DNA of 62,023 nt, filler included, from Dirinaria sp. TL-2023a (Eukaryota): assembly GCA_051941275.1 (NCBI GenBank). It is 4 parts of 4 records of this genome, joined end to end, with 100 filler letters (N's around TTAATTAATTAA, not from the genome) between each part and the next. Parts side by side here need not be neighbours in the genome. Positions count along the whole stretch, not along the records: positions 1 to 15,463 come from JAVEBF010000546.1; positions 15,564 to 31,010 come from JAVEBF010000547.1; 2 more parts are not named here. One strand, 5' to 3'. How positions within the stretch are numbered: position 1 is the stretch's first letter; each line of letters begins with the position of its first letter. The position numbers and the translations under genes are program-made. The notes under the pieces are model-generated. The model saw only the letters and a list, made by a program, of their open reading frames with translations, made no database searches and was not told where the DNA came from. Positions 10,049-23,678 of this stretch are shown here, one piece after another.

Positions 10049-12699
10049 CGACTGACTTGTACATATTCTATAGTCTATAGGGTTTCCTTCTTCGAGATAT
10101 TACAATAACGAGCTGATGAAAGGAGCTGAATCGACTATTGTGGGTGCCCAAATTTTCAAGATACCGATTCCGGAGTCCAGAAACGCCTGATAAGCCCTTT
10201 CAGGTACTACGTTTTCTAACGTCCAACGAGCTACTTGCCTCAAAAGGGTTAGGCGGCTACAAATCACGGGGCTGAAACCCCCTTCTAATGGCGATCTTGC
10301 TCATTCTTCCGCCATGGAGATCCGAAATCAAGGACGAACGCTCACATAGGTCAGTCAACATATCTAGGCAAAACTTTATAATTCTATCCACATGCCTCGC
10401 ATATGCAATTGCATAATATGGCCATCTCCCACTGGCATGCCTCCCTTCATTCCATAGAGTAAATTAAACCCTTTCCTATCCAGTCCGTCTTTAACCAAAC
10501 TCTTCTCTATCCCTTTCTTCAACAATCCGTTCCTCCGAATCCGTGCTAATTGTCAACTTGGATTCATACAATGGGACTTCCTTTCCACGATTCGCAACCT
10601 TAACTGCAAAATATTTTCTATCTTATGTTCTTAGGAATTATTTCCCTTAGTAGCTGCGCGAAGGAGGTTTTCATACAGAACGCAACGATATCATACGGTG
10701 AGGTTTAATTGATTTCTTATTCCTTGCCCAGAATGATTCTCGATTCGGCAATCCATCCCACAATCTGCTCAATGATAAACTTCATAGCGAAGGCTCTTTC
10801 CCTGTTTTAGGGCCATCCAATACTCGAAGGAGTGACCATACTATTGCAGGCCAAAACCCAAAATGAGGGGAAGTGGAATCGTATTCATTTTTTCCACAGA
10901 GTGTCAGTACGATGCCATCTTACTGTAACAATAGATGGCTCCTCACTCGAAGAGCCAGGTGCAATGGCCGTGGATGTAAGTAGCTTCGAGCAAAAGATTG
11001 AATCTCCGTGAGATATCTCAGGTTCGAAGAAACTCGTCTTTCTCGCGTTGATATCAACTGATTTGAATACTAAGTCCTACTGTACGGATCATAAGTCCAT
11101 GCGTACTGCAAGCTATGATATCACTCGCGGATATGTTCAATGCGAACTTGGAGAAACTCAACGTAACCAACACAGTTTTCTGAGTATGAATTGTACTTAC
11201 CTTTAGCAGATACCAGGGATTAAGAGAAGATAGCACAAGAACAAGACTCATGGATTGTGGAATTGGAAAGGATTTTCGTGCCGAGGTTCTATGCTCGGCG
11301 ACTTTTTCTTCACCAGCACAACTTTCTAGTGCATCATTACTCTACGCTAGACCTTGTAGGGCCTAAATGAGACCATGGCTATCTTTCTTGAACTGACCGC
11401 GCTAGTTCCAATCCTTATAGACTTCAGAGGATGCGTCGACATATTATACGCTAAGTTAAGAAGACAAGACTCTGCTTTCTCTATCATCGTTCCAAACACT
11501 CGGTCCAACGAGATCCCAGCTTTGAAACATGGTTTCAAGCTTTTGCAAAACGTAGATTATTATAATATACGCGATCATTCCTTTCCAAGCGATAGCTGTA
11601 TATAAATGAGAGTAGAGCGCAGCTACGAAGAATCCACAGCAGAGAGTTGACTCAGTCGGCCAATGTTAAATAAAAACCCGCTGGCAAAATATGAGAAATG
11701 GAGAAGAGCAGTACTACGTCAACTGCTTTGAAAAGATACAACATTTTCGGGGACGGAGCAGCCATCTTGAGCATCCGCCAAAGACCATTCATAGTGATGG
11801 AGGTTCCGCCAATCTGATCAGTTCTGAGATTTCAGCAATCAGGTGCCAATAAGGTCTCGGCGATCGATCGAATCAGAGCAATAATCAGAAGAGCTGGCCG
11901 TGCCAGAACAATGTGAACCGAACTACAGACACACTCTCAGCCAAATGTAAAAGATCAGAAAGCCTATTAGCAATGATCAACATGATCAAGAGCATATAAA
12001 GTTAGCTTTCGCAGCGCTCTAATGAGCCTTAGACGAATGTTGACAGGTGGCAAAGGAGAACTCAGAGGTGAGATAAATATTGAAAAAAGAATACGAAGAC
12101 GGGCCTGATATCACCCACCAGACATGATGCTGAGCGACTTACATGATACAGCATGAAGTTATCGATAGAGCATGGACGTGACGCCATTCAATATTGATGA
12201 GAAATTAAGTTCTAATCAGCGATTTTGATCGACAGACGACATGATTATCAAGAGCCCCGACATCAATAGAGGCTCCAAGCCTTAGTCCGAATACAAGCAA
12301 AGCAAAAAATGGTATGCTCACTTTCGCCTTTGATGAAAAGAAGATCGAAAAGGCAAAAATGCTGACACAAATGCTGTAAAAAATGGAACGAGGAGGCTTA
12401 GAAACACAGTGATATTTGGGCGTGCCAAAGCAAACGGACAAGAAAAAATGGTCGCTCAGATCAAAGATTGCAAAGCCCGAGAGCGGTAAGTAAAATCTCG
12501 CGATGATGAGATATTTTTCTAATAATTACGCCAATAAGCCAGGTCAAGCACGCGTCTCTTCTGGCGCCAGAAAAAGAAATATCGTTGACTAGGACGAGTG
12601 ATTGTGGAAGATGACGGAAATTCCGATTGAGAAGACGTGTCCGATACTGAGGCCGAACAAGGTACGTTTCTTGTATACCCGGTTTTCATGTCGCTATAG

Positions 12700-14300
12700 C
12701 TTCTGTCTCTTCGCATTGAACCTGTTTAGGTGACATCATGGCCGCCTTTGATGTGACTGTCCCGGCGGCCAAACAGCTGCCTTGGATTCGGCACCTCATG
12801 GTTTTATTCGGTCGATAGATACTTATTATGGCATGATCATTCTTTTTCACTCTTTTATGAACATTGTTTCATACAAATCACGTAAACAGATCTTGGACAT
12901 TAACAAGGAAGATACGTTAATCAGTAAAGAGAAAAGACCTGCGTCTTCAATCCTAAAAGCCCTCCACAGTCAATCAACTTGAAAGTCAAGAAATCCCCAA
13001 GTCAGGATTATTAAGAACACAGAAATGAAATCTTATCCAATTACACCCTTGCTGAAACCAAAAACGGATATATCAACTCAATGATTACTTTGAAATCCAA
13101 AGACCATTATATACACCTCCGCCGGACGGAGTCTCGAAGACAAAAGATACTGGATTTTACGCAGACTGGGGCTTTTGAAAGACACGTAGCCTAAGACAAG
13201 AAGTCCTTAGCACATAGAACGAAAAAAGGAAAAAAAAAAAAAAAAGAAAAAGAAAAAGAACTCGCGACGATGTTCACGTTGCAAGCTTTTCTTTCACAGA
13301 GTCTTGTGTTGAGTCGTCGAATTTGCGAGATTCAATGAGAAGAATAAATTTTTTTGCAGTGTTGGATATGAAAATCAGTTACTCATTGAACATGTGCTCA
13401 GTTACACAGATAGACAAATACATTACGACCATAGCTCAGATATACTTTTCAGGGAATTTTCTCCCCTTATTTCCTACTCAGGAATGATAGCTTATTAGGA
13501 CATACTTGCACCTTCTACCTCAACACGTAGAACAGGTTTCAGCCACTTACAAGAAAAAAATATCAAATCAGTAAAGAATGAAAAAGAATCGACATCGCAA
13601 CCAGTTCACCCTTCACTTTCGTGAGAGAATTCCGCAGAGATAAGCACCTCCTTTCTTCGAAAAGCGCTTTGACGCGAATTTATATGCTCTCTATTTGCCA
13701 TTACCGCCTCAAATTAATCTTCAAGCTGCCAAATCCGAGGAAGTGCTCACCCGTCGTTGCGGAATTAAAGTTATGAAAGACTCGCTGCATCTCAATCTTT
13801 TTCGAGACTTTGTTGACCGCTGTTGCGGCCGCGAGTTGACGGCGCCCACTTGCTGCATGTGTACTCGTACGGAGATGTATGGGTCGAATGAGCAACAGGT
13901 GATCGTGAAGGAACGCCATTCGGTTGTGAATATCGAAGCTAAGCTGTTCTTTGAAGCTTGTCATAAAATTGAGAAGTTGCAGCATTCCGCCACCGAATTG
14001 CGAGACGTATTCCCGCTACAAGATGTCTAGAATATCAGATATCCAGCAGTCTATCGCGCTGATTCTTCGAAATATATCTCGAAAGAAAAGATACATTCTC
14101 ATTCCCAGTCAACATAATCGTCAGGAGGAGGTCACAGACTTCGATGAGTAGTAGAACATTTGTCGAGCCAAAACATCAAGAACACAGGCAATCATCTTTT
14201 TAGATCTTTCCGAAACGCAAAAGCAGAAAGAATAAATCTACCAACGTTGTAAAAATGCGGAAAACTGGGTGTGCATTTCATCAATCACTTTATTTATCCT
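12700..14300 (+). mobile_element. Heavily decayed DNA-transposase relic (pogo/Fot1-like DDE), boundaries approximate
   Basis: AT-rich, stop-riddled region. The fragment at about 13040-13190 reads YTLAETKNGYINSMITL...DHY...FERHV, reminiscent of the S.NGW...W..HF...DG..SH core. A frameshifted RCK.CGKLG knuckle-like remnant lies near 14246. Confidence 0.35.
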
Positions 14301-15463
14301 CCCCTAGTCAAATGTTGGTAACAAGAAAAAGAAACTCAGAATCTAGAACAGAAAACAGCAAGAAAACCGAACTTGCAGAACTCCTTTCCCTCCGCAACGG
14401 GTCAAAAAATTACGCTATTATATCGCGATCATAGCCTCACATATTCCTTCCAAAGTTTTTTCTACTTCTTTCTTTCTCAGTCATAACATAATCTGAATTT
14501 AAAATGTATACATTTAATCCGACTCTACACGGATACAAGCAAAATATACTACAACTTTAAAGGTCTATATTTCTTTTATCTCCAATCAAACTATTCAGAA
14601 ACAAATGATCGAATCATGATTTTGAGAATGACATTTTAAATGCATACTCTTATCCTCTTTTATAAAAGAGGACTTACGAACAGATCTAAGAAGTTACAAT
14701 GCCTAATCTCGAAATCCCCATGCATCAGCGGTTTCAATATACCTCTCTAAAGTAAAGCATTGCCCTCGCCTGAGGCATGCTAAAAGAAAGAAACGAATAC
14801 AAACAAGCACCTTCTTTCTTTTCTCTTTTAAATCCAGTATCGAAGATCAAATCTCCCTGCATTAATACAATAACATCAGTAGAATCCCGTCTTTGCAGCA
14901 GTAATCAACTCCATTCCAGTAATTTGCTTAATTTCAATTAATCCATAGTCATTCATAATCCGCACCCCCTGCCTTTTTCCTGTAGTTAAATACCAATAAC
15001 ATCCATCGATAACATATCCGAAAATTTAATCTGAACGCCCGTTTTAGCATAGCATTATGCATTCTTGATCTTGAAACACTTAAAGAGCCATATACCACCC
15101 CCTTTCTTCTTCCTACTCCAAACCCACAAAATTTCCCGCCTTATCACCCCTACCTTAATAAAATCAAACCCTACCACCACTACATCAAAAGCCTCGAAAA
15201 CTGGTATAAAACCAGACCATCGTATATTCCTCACACTGGCACTCGTACAGAATCTCGATAGAGCTCCCACTATCTGAACTCCGAGTTCAAGTCGGTTATT
15301 AATCGAAAAAAGAGGCTCGTATAGCGTATGCATGCATGCAATTCTAAAATCCACATATTTGAGGGGAGGGGAGGGGGATACTCAAATCAATTCTCTTACC
15401 AAGAAAGATAAGAATCACAATCCATTCCCCATCCCATTTCATTTCCATCCTTCCTCTAAAACC

Positions 15464-15563
15464 NNNNNNNNNNNNNNNNNNNNNNNNNNNNNNNNNNNNN
15501 NNNNNNNTTAATTAATTAANNNNNNNNNNNNNNNNNNNNNNNNNNNNNNNNNNNNNNNNNNNN
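15464..15563. other. Artificial contig spacer N44-TTAATTAATTAA-N44
   Basis: 12-mer with stop codons in all six frames, flanked by 44 Ns each side. Confidence 0.98.
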
Positions 15564-16917
15564 GATAGAAAAGTGGATGGCTAATAATGCTCGGAGATCA
15601 ACAGCTCCAGCCTCGACGGACCAGAGAAAGGGTGTGTAACGAATGCAACGCACCAACAGCGACAAAAATGGGAAAGTAAGTAAGGTGGAGTAATAATCAT
15701 TAGGTAGTAAATTTCATTCATTATTCATGAGAATTGAGATGATTATTTCACGTCGCCGTCGTCGCTCACCTTGCCTGCTCTCTGCACGCCGCTCTCCGCT
15801 ATGACGCCAACGGCTGGCCAAGCCGGCGCCCCACGAGTCCAGGCTAGGGGACCGCATCGATAGAATCTGCATGCTGATCGGAGAGATGGACGCAGAAACC
15901 AGCAATAAATGAAAGAGCTGGGAATTGAATAATTAAATAATTGAATAAAAAAAATTTCAATCTGAATACCAGAAAGCGCGGATGGAAGACGGTAGGAAGT
16001 AGAGTAGCGAGACAATCATCCTGCGATGTGCTCATTGGCGCTGCACATATAAAGGGACCTACAAGGACCTATATACATACTGTACTGTAGCTGCCAGGAT
16101 CCATGCTACATCCTACGTCTTACTACTATCTCATCCATCGTGTCCGCAAGGCTGGGCTGACTGTTCCCCAATATTGCGCACAGCCAGTTTCACGTGGCGA
16201 GACTTGCAAGATCGACGTCCAAGTCGCCGATCATGTCTCAAGGTAGCGTCGAACCACCAAGACACATACGTGCAGCCGGGGGACCCCCGGAGGATTGGCA
16301 AAGAAACGTGCGGCGTCACGACTCACCGGCGTGCGTGCCTGAGCCCTGACAGGAATCCTCAGGGTTGAGCCCGTTAGGGCCAAGTGCCGCACCAATGACC
16401 AGCACCACCACAATGACGAGCATCTCTTACCCGCCCCCCTCAGCCCGTAATCTGATACTGCGTGACACCGCCGATCCTCGGCCTGCATCATCGGAATCTC
16501 CATTTCAGTTTTCACCCTTCCACGGGTTCGAATCTTGTCCGCTATCGCTCGGGGGCGGCTGTGCGGCTAACCAGTCCACGTATTCTTCCCTTGTCCTGAC
16601 GCCCAATGACGATGCTTCAATAAATAATGGATCATGACCGGCCCAGTGCGGACGGAGTGACGGAACTTTACCATTCATCGATGTCAGGTCTTGCAGATGT
16701 TGTGAAGGTATTCTTCCATTCGTGCTTGCCGATTGCTATCTCGACCAAGCCCCACTCTCAATGACCATGGACCCCGGTAAGGTTCTCAGAGCTTTGATCA
16801 AGCGGCATCTCGCATGGATCCCGGTGGATGACGGATTGACGGGGGCACGAAATGACTCGCGCGTCCTTGGGAAACCACGAGGTCCTTTCCGGATCAATCC
16901 TCGTCAGTATCAAACGC

Positions 16918-18795
16918 TTACAGGCTGTCTTCCCTCCACCGACTGCGGACCCGTTGCCATCCTTCCTTTTCGTTCAGTCCTCCTCGATGCTCCATGCCCA
17001 AACCTCGCTCGACCCATTCTTGGCTGCCCATCTCGCTCAAGCGGCTGAGAGCTCGGGAGAACGCGAAGCGCTCTTCGTCCCCAGTGAACAGGTTGCTATT
17101 CTTCAGCATCTTCATGTTCATCCCTAGATCATCCATCATTTGGCGCATCACGTCATCAACCCCTTCATGCTCCTTGGCTTCCTTTACCAGACCCTTTTGA
17201 CGGCCGCCCTCTAAAGCGTCATCAATCTCGGACGCTGACATGAACAACTGGGACAGAGGCATTTCCATGGTCAAGACGAGCTTAGCCTGCTCGAGTCAGT
17301 CGGAAGGTTCCTCACGTAATTATGCATAGACCTACATGGCTTTCGTAGACGGCGTCGATGAAGGTGATAAACCTCCGGGCCCAATCTCTTTCCCGATGCG
17401 TCATGCCTGGCACATCAGTAACGATAAAGGCGTCGTAGTTCCTCATCAACTCCAAATAGTCTGCAGCACTGGTAGCTTTGCCGATCAATTCATAAAAGCC
17501 GAACTTAGCAGCCTTGCCGCTTGCACTTGGTACTTCGATGTCTCGGCCCCAGACGCTATGCGTCGCCTTATGTATCGGGTCGTTGTCAAGATCGCCCAGG
17601 AAACGAAACCATTTGTCTACATGGCTAGCGGCTGCCTTGTCGAGCGGGTGATGGTAGACGCCGGATGGAGGTCGGGGTATCTTGCGATAATCGGTGGTTG
17701 AATCAAGGTTTAGGACTCGGAGTCGTGTCTTAAGTAGATTAATGCAAGGGATAAACGAGGCACGCTGTATGCCATTTTTGTACAAGTCATCGGGGTGACG
17801 GTTAGACGTTGTGACTAAGACAACCCCGTGTGACATGATGGCCTCCAGTAAACTAAAATTGGTCAGTCCATCAATTGCCGCTTGATCATAGCTGACAGCA
17901 CACCTCCTTAAAATCATCGCGTCAGCGACATCAGTGCATTGGAACTCGTCAAAGCACAGTACGCTGCCCTTCTCAGCAATGTCTGCAGCAACGAATCGAA
18001 TGGCATCCAGATCGCTACCGTGTTTCACTTTCATGGCATGTAGCCTTCGATGTACGTCTTGCATGAAATTATGGAAGTGGATTCTTGTCTTCGACGTTAT
18101 GTTATTAGGCAGCGTGTCGTAGAACATATCCATCAACATCGTCTTCCCACTCCCCACGTCACCATACATATACAAGCCCTTGGGAGTGTTCGAGGGTATC
18201 TGGTTCGACTGACTCTTTTGTGATCGCCGGTTAAAAAGGGACGCAAGAAAGGATCGTGAGTGCGATCTCAACGACTCAATGCTCGGATGCACGACTCGGG
18301 GTGCTTGGTATTCCTTCAACATGTCATGGAGGTCTTGCAAGCTCTGCACAATTCCTGTTTCAAGGGTTTGTTTAGAATGATGTCCAAATCCTCGGGTGGT
18401 TGACAGACGCGTACCTCGCTGATGTTCGTCATCTCTCAGCTGGTGGGAATGCACTCGTTCGTCGTATTCGTCCAAAGGTCCCCACTGGTTAGGGTTTGCT
18501 ATGTCGAACGTCAGCCACCTCGCAAGCTCTACCGTCGCCCATGATGGAACATACTGTGAGCAACAGTTGCTAAGGGTCTCGCGATCGCTGAAGCTGATGA
18601 TGCTGGTTCCCATATTCCCTGTTTGCTTGTTCCCAACCCTTGGGAGACCCATGCACCATTGGGCCTGCGGGAAAAACTCCTTGCATCTCTGCTGAGAGAA
18701 CGCGCGCATATCAGGCCTCGTTGATATTGCCAATTTAAAAAGCGGTCACCACCCGCAGCAGTGTAAATGCATTTGAATCGCACGACGAGCCGCAT
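16918..18795 (-). CDS. AFG1: AFG1/ZapE-family mitochondrial ATPase, about 5 exons
   Basis: Walker A GDVGSGKT, RIHFHNFM, Walker B VLCFDEFQCTDVADAMIL, TSNRHPDDLY, C-terminal DEERFAFSRALSRLSEM. An Arg-rich presequence-like first exon starts at ATG 18795. Confidence 0.93.
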
Positions 18796-19458
18796 CGGTC
18801 CCAAAACAGACTGACCTTCAGTCTTGGAAGCATACCTTGTCGCATCAGTACAAGGAGAATACTATACTAAAGTATCCACCTATCGGGAACCAAACACTGC
18901 TCTGGAGGTTCTGTAATGCCAACTACCTTCCTGAAGAAAGGTTGAAGATGCGCCGTTGCATTCAGCAGAGCTTGTGAAATAAAGCCGAGGCCCAGTGCAT
19001 GCGTCGGAGTTCGGAGTTTAGGGTTTACAATTAAGACGGAAGATTCCTTGTATGAGGCATGCAAATCTACCTTACCTTGGGTACACAAGAGCAAGGTCAT
19101 TGGAACGATCATGTACAGAGAAGGCCCTTAAGTCGAGTCAACAACGTCAGACGTCGTTATTCGATACTCTTTACGGCATATATTTCCTATTTTCAGAAGT
19201 AAACGTCGGCCCTCTCTCTCGGTCTACCTATCCTAAGATATCTCAGCGCCCTGAACGTGGAATCCTGAATGCCCACCGGTATTCATAGTTGAGAAAAATG
19301 AATCCTCGCATACAAAACAGACAGCTCCGGACATCAACAACTATAGCCGCCATAAATAGTATCAAATTTGAAGGAAGTGAACCGGAAGCTAAAAGTGAAT
19401 TTGTATACTGCGTCATCGCAGCCATACCCAAGTAACAGCCATTGGGAACACCATCCAA

Positions 19459-21601
19459 TTACGCATAGCCGACGTAAAGCGTTAGTTTCGGATTTCTCCC
19501 CAACGCCACATCGAGGTCTCGATCGCTCAGCATTTCTGCGTATGTTGAGCTAGGCTCGTCCTTGTACTGCACAATAATGTCCTCCTGTATCTTTAACCTG
19601 TCTTTGAGCTTCTCCCTCAGTTGTTGAAAACTTATCTCACTCGGCACGCGGATTGCAATCAAATCGTCCTCGAAAAACACCTTAATCTTCAGGGCCCCGG
19701 AGGAGGCTACATTGGTGCTCGAAGTATTGGGCGCTGAAGTTGCAGGCGTCGAATGATGTGTGCCTGAGGAAGTGCCTGAAGCTTGAGTGAGCGACGATGG
19801 CTGGCGATTTATTGCAGCCTGACCAGGATAGTCTTGAGGACCCCGATGGCCTGGGTATGTCGAAGAGACGCCGTTTGTCGCAGGGACGGAGTTGTTGCTA
19901 CGCTGATGGCTGATTCGGTGGTGCGGTGGACCCATGGATCCTGGAGGATAATTCGCACCGTTCGTCTGGCCTCCTGAGGATTGTCGTGAAGCTGTCCTTG
20001 AGAGACTGCCGGTGGCAGAAGACTGTTGCGACCCGCTGGAGAGACGGTAGTCTTCGCCCATCGCTCTTGGATCTAATTCAAAATCGCCTTCGCGGGGAGC
20101 GAAGAGCTCACGAACGTACTGACATTTGGAAATGTATGGTGGTAGTGCGAGCAATTTCTTCATGTAGTCGTTCAGACTCTCTCGGCGACCGTTCGAAATG
20201 GCGTCTGTGACAAATGTGACTGGGCCCGGCATATAAGGCAGTATACGCGTGCCCCCGTTAGAATCGGCTTCTTTGGGAAATTCTCGTATCAAAGCGATTT
20301 GGAGGTCGTAGAAATCCTGGTAAAACCGTGACAACTCCCAGTGTCGGCCATCTTCCAGAACGCACTCGATAATATACCAGTATCTGTCGTTTTCGAAGCA
20401 ATATCGAGGTATGGATGCTGAGATGGGAGCCAGAAGCTGCCTTGATGACTGCGACGAATGACGATTGTAGCCGTTGGCATTAGAGCGGCTTACGCTTCTT
20501 TGATGATAAACCTGGCTCTTGGATGACTGTGTCAGTGGATGTGAAGGAACAAGCGCTGTCTGCACACATACCTGTGAACTACCGTTGGGGTAATTGTATG
20601 GTTGATGCGCGTTATTATTGTTAGTGTTATTACCATTGTTGAGGCTCTGCCTTTCCACGTCCCGCTGCGCACTTGCAGCCTCAATCTTCCCGAGAGGGAT
20701 GCTGCTGTCTTTATAGTCTTTAGCCATCTTTTTCCATTCCTCAACTTTAGGTATCCCGGCTCTTGCCACTGCCGCTTGAGCATCAGGCACAGGCTCATTC
20801 GTAGCCATATCTCGAATCTCGATGAATGACACTGGTATCAGACCGGGTCCACCTAGCCGCCCTATAGGCTTAGCGACAAACCATTCTGGATTCGACTGGG
20901 CGATGACGATTATGGCCTCTCCAGCTTTGGCTTCCAACTCATCAGGCCTTTCAGCATTGAAATCGTATTGCACCATGCCGTAAACCATTGCACCCGAGCC
21001 TTTCGACATGCTCGTGATTCTGTTCTGTCCCACGCTCCGGGGTGTTGAGCTGGATTCCTGCCGATTGTGTGCAGTTCTCTCCAAATATCCCGAATCGTGT
21101 GGCAGGTGCTGGGATATTATATTGCTTGCGCCAGAAGCGGCAGACCCTCCACTCTGCCTTTCTGTCTTCCCTATTACTTCGAAATACGATACGGGAACAA
21201 GCCCTCGAGCGGTCGGTATCAATGGATTGCACGCCTCATACCATTCCTGGTCATCTTCCCGACTAATGACATGGAAGAAGTCGCCCTTGGAGAAGGCCAA
21301 CTCGTGCTTTACTTTAGAGTCTGGCTGGTAATCGTAGAGCGCTTTGATGACCTAATCCATATCAAGACGCATCAGCTAACGCACTTCCGGGAGGACGACC
21401 GACCCAGGACAAAGGGTGCGCGAACCTTCTTTGGCGGAACAATCGCTATTGCCGTCTTTGGCGGTATAGATATATGATGGGGCCGAGCGTCTGCTTTCTC
21501 CCCCTTCACTGACCGACGAAAGGCCTGCGAGTGTCATAGTGAGCTCCCGATCGACTCAGACGAAGTACGAGAGATGCTGAGCAGTGGCGACCTACCTTCA
21601 T
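19459..21601 (-). CDS. BEM1: Polarity scaffold Bem1/Scd2 (SH3-SH3-PX-PB1)
   Basis: Spliced start MK|AFRRSVKGEK...PPKK|VIKALYDY; SH3 motifs (GLVPVSYF, YDFNAERPDEL, GLIPVSF); PX (RFYQDFYDLQ..LP.MPGP); PB1 (LKIKVFFEDDLIAIRVP). Confidence 0.95.
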
Positions 21602-23678
21602 GGCTTCGTGACCAGATATGCGTTGGAAAGTGGGGCTCGTCTTCGGGGTTCTTTGTCTGCGCCAATTCCAAGATGGCTCGGAATGCTCGATCAACATCAA
21701 TGAAAAACGCAATGAGCGATAAACGCAAGGAATACGACGACGACGACAAGGACGACAAGGTGGAGTTGGAAGGCGATGAAGAAGGATCCCAAGGCCGATC
21801 GATGGCGTCCAGCCCGTCGTCAGGGTTTTGAGAGGACGGCAAGCAAAGCCGTGCCTCGCAAGGTAGTTCCCGGGCCTGTTTCGAAACCGCCGGCAGATTT
21901 GGTGGCTGGGCTTTCTCCTACGACTTCCTCCGTCCTCGAGACCCGAGGGGATCTTCGCTTCGCCCGCCGTCGAAAAGCCAAAGGCGCCGTTATCGATAAG
22001 CTTAACCTCGTGAACAAAAATGGTGGGGAAGAAAAAATTGATGAAGATCGCGTGGAACAAATCGATGTCGATGAGGTGGCAGCGGGCAGTCAGGTAGTAG
22101 TAAGTAGTGTCAGACCCGGGGGATTATTCTTGGAAGCGGCCGCGCCAGGCCGGTAGGGGTTGAGAGGAGTTTGCACGACACCGACAGGCTGATGCAAGGT
22201 GCGCCCGAAGAATCCGCTGTCACCTGCAGAACAAATTGATCAGGTGCTTTCGCATCAAAGCTCCTCCTGTTCGGGCGAGCTATGATCGGCGATTGGCAAA
22301 GGACATCAGCTATGTACTGGAGCTGGTGGTATGAGTACTCGAAGTCGTCCTCGACAATCCATTATTCTAAGTTACAGTACATATGGAACACTTTTCCCCA
22401 TCGAAGAAGTGCATTCAAAGTATATATACGTTAGTCATTACTGCGACACTTCACGCCTAATCCGTCGATTCTTCCCCCGAAATTGAATAATGTTCTACAT
22501 CATCATCATCTACAGAAGTGACGAGAGCTGGACAAAGCCTGTTGATTCCGAGTGGGCAACCTTGTTTGTTCACTGCTGCTTTACGCTCCCTTCATGCTCT
22601 CATGTCTGTGTGCTGTGCTCAGTGTGCTGTACAGATAGGAGGACGAAGTACTGCTCCGTACATACGAAATGGTACCAAATGGGGCAGCCGAAAGTATTCC
22701 TTGGGCGCTTTTCCGGCTTTTGCCACGCTGGCGCATATATCACACCATCCGGCGCCACTGATTGGACGGCTCCAGCCTATGGATGCTAGCAGACTCAGCA
22801 CTGATCTGGAAAATGCACAGAAGCCTGCAGACCTCATCTATTGCATATGCATGTCAAATTCCCCATGCGCAGAGGGGTGTCGGGCTGCCCAGACCCCGTT
22901 GTTAGGTCTTCAGTAGACAGGATAATAAAATGCTCTTTGCAGAAGCGCTGACTGGACTCACAGCTCCCAATAGAGACCGCCGAAGCCATGTTAGGCGCTG
23001 AACGAGCAGAAAATCTATTGGCTGGGCTCAGTTCACGCATTCTCGATTTCATCTATAATGAATTGCGGCTCAGAGGATCTTGGCTTCACATTTGGTACAT
23101 AAAGTTACAATGTGCTCGAGATAGTCACGCTACCATGCATTGGAAGTGACGAAACCTCAACAAATCCCTTCTATCATTGGTAGGTTCATGTGTTAACATT
23201 GCTCTCTGTTCTACAACAAGGCACGATCATGCCTAGAGCATGCATGAAGTGTCTGTGTTCGGACCCCAATTGATGCGCAGCCGAATATCATGATAGAACA
23301 AGATAGTCAACACTTTTCACCACTTGCGCGCCCATCCATCTACCGCCCTAGTATGCCGAACCTTTGTAGGACCTAGCTATCTAAAGCGCCATGTTTGGGT
23401 GGACGGTCTGAGCGGAAGTGACGCGGGAAGACGGAGCGAGTACTAGAGGTTAGCAAGTTGACGCACGCTCGCTGCTCGAGCATGGGGAGAATTCGACGAA
23501 AACACAACAAGCAAAACAAGCGACTCAAGGCCTTGGCTTGCAACGGGTATCGAACAAAAGAGAAGGAAAAATCGTATTCCAGTGCCATTCGTGCTGGGAA
23601 TTTCATTCAAGGCGTATCCGATCAGGCCGTAATGGAAGATGGCGAAGATTCGGTGCTGCGTTAATCCGCGCGGAGATC

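Noticed and set aside
15508..15519. TTAATTAATTAA palindrome repeated three times at about 15.5-kb spacing
   Set aside because: Synthetic six-frame-stop linker embedded in N runs, not a biological repeat.
21506..22156. Overlapping ORFs upstream of BEM1
   Set aside because: Low-complexity pyrimidine-rich 5' leader sequence without protein motifs.
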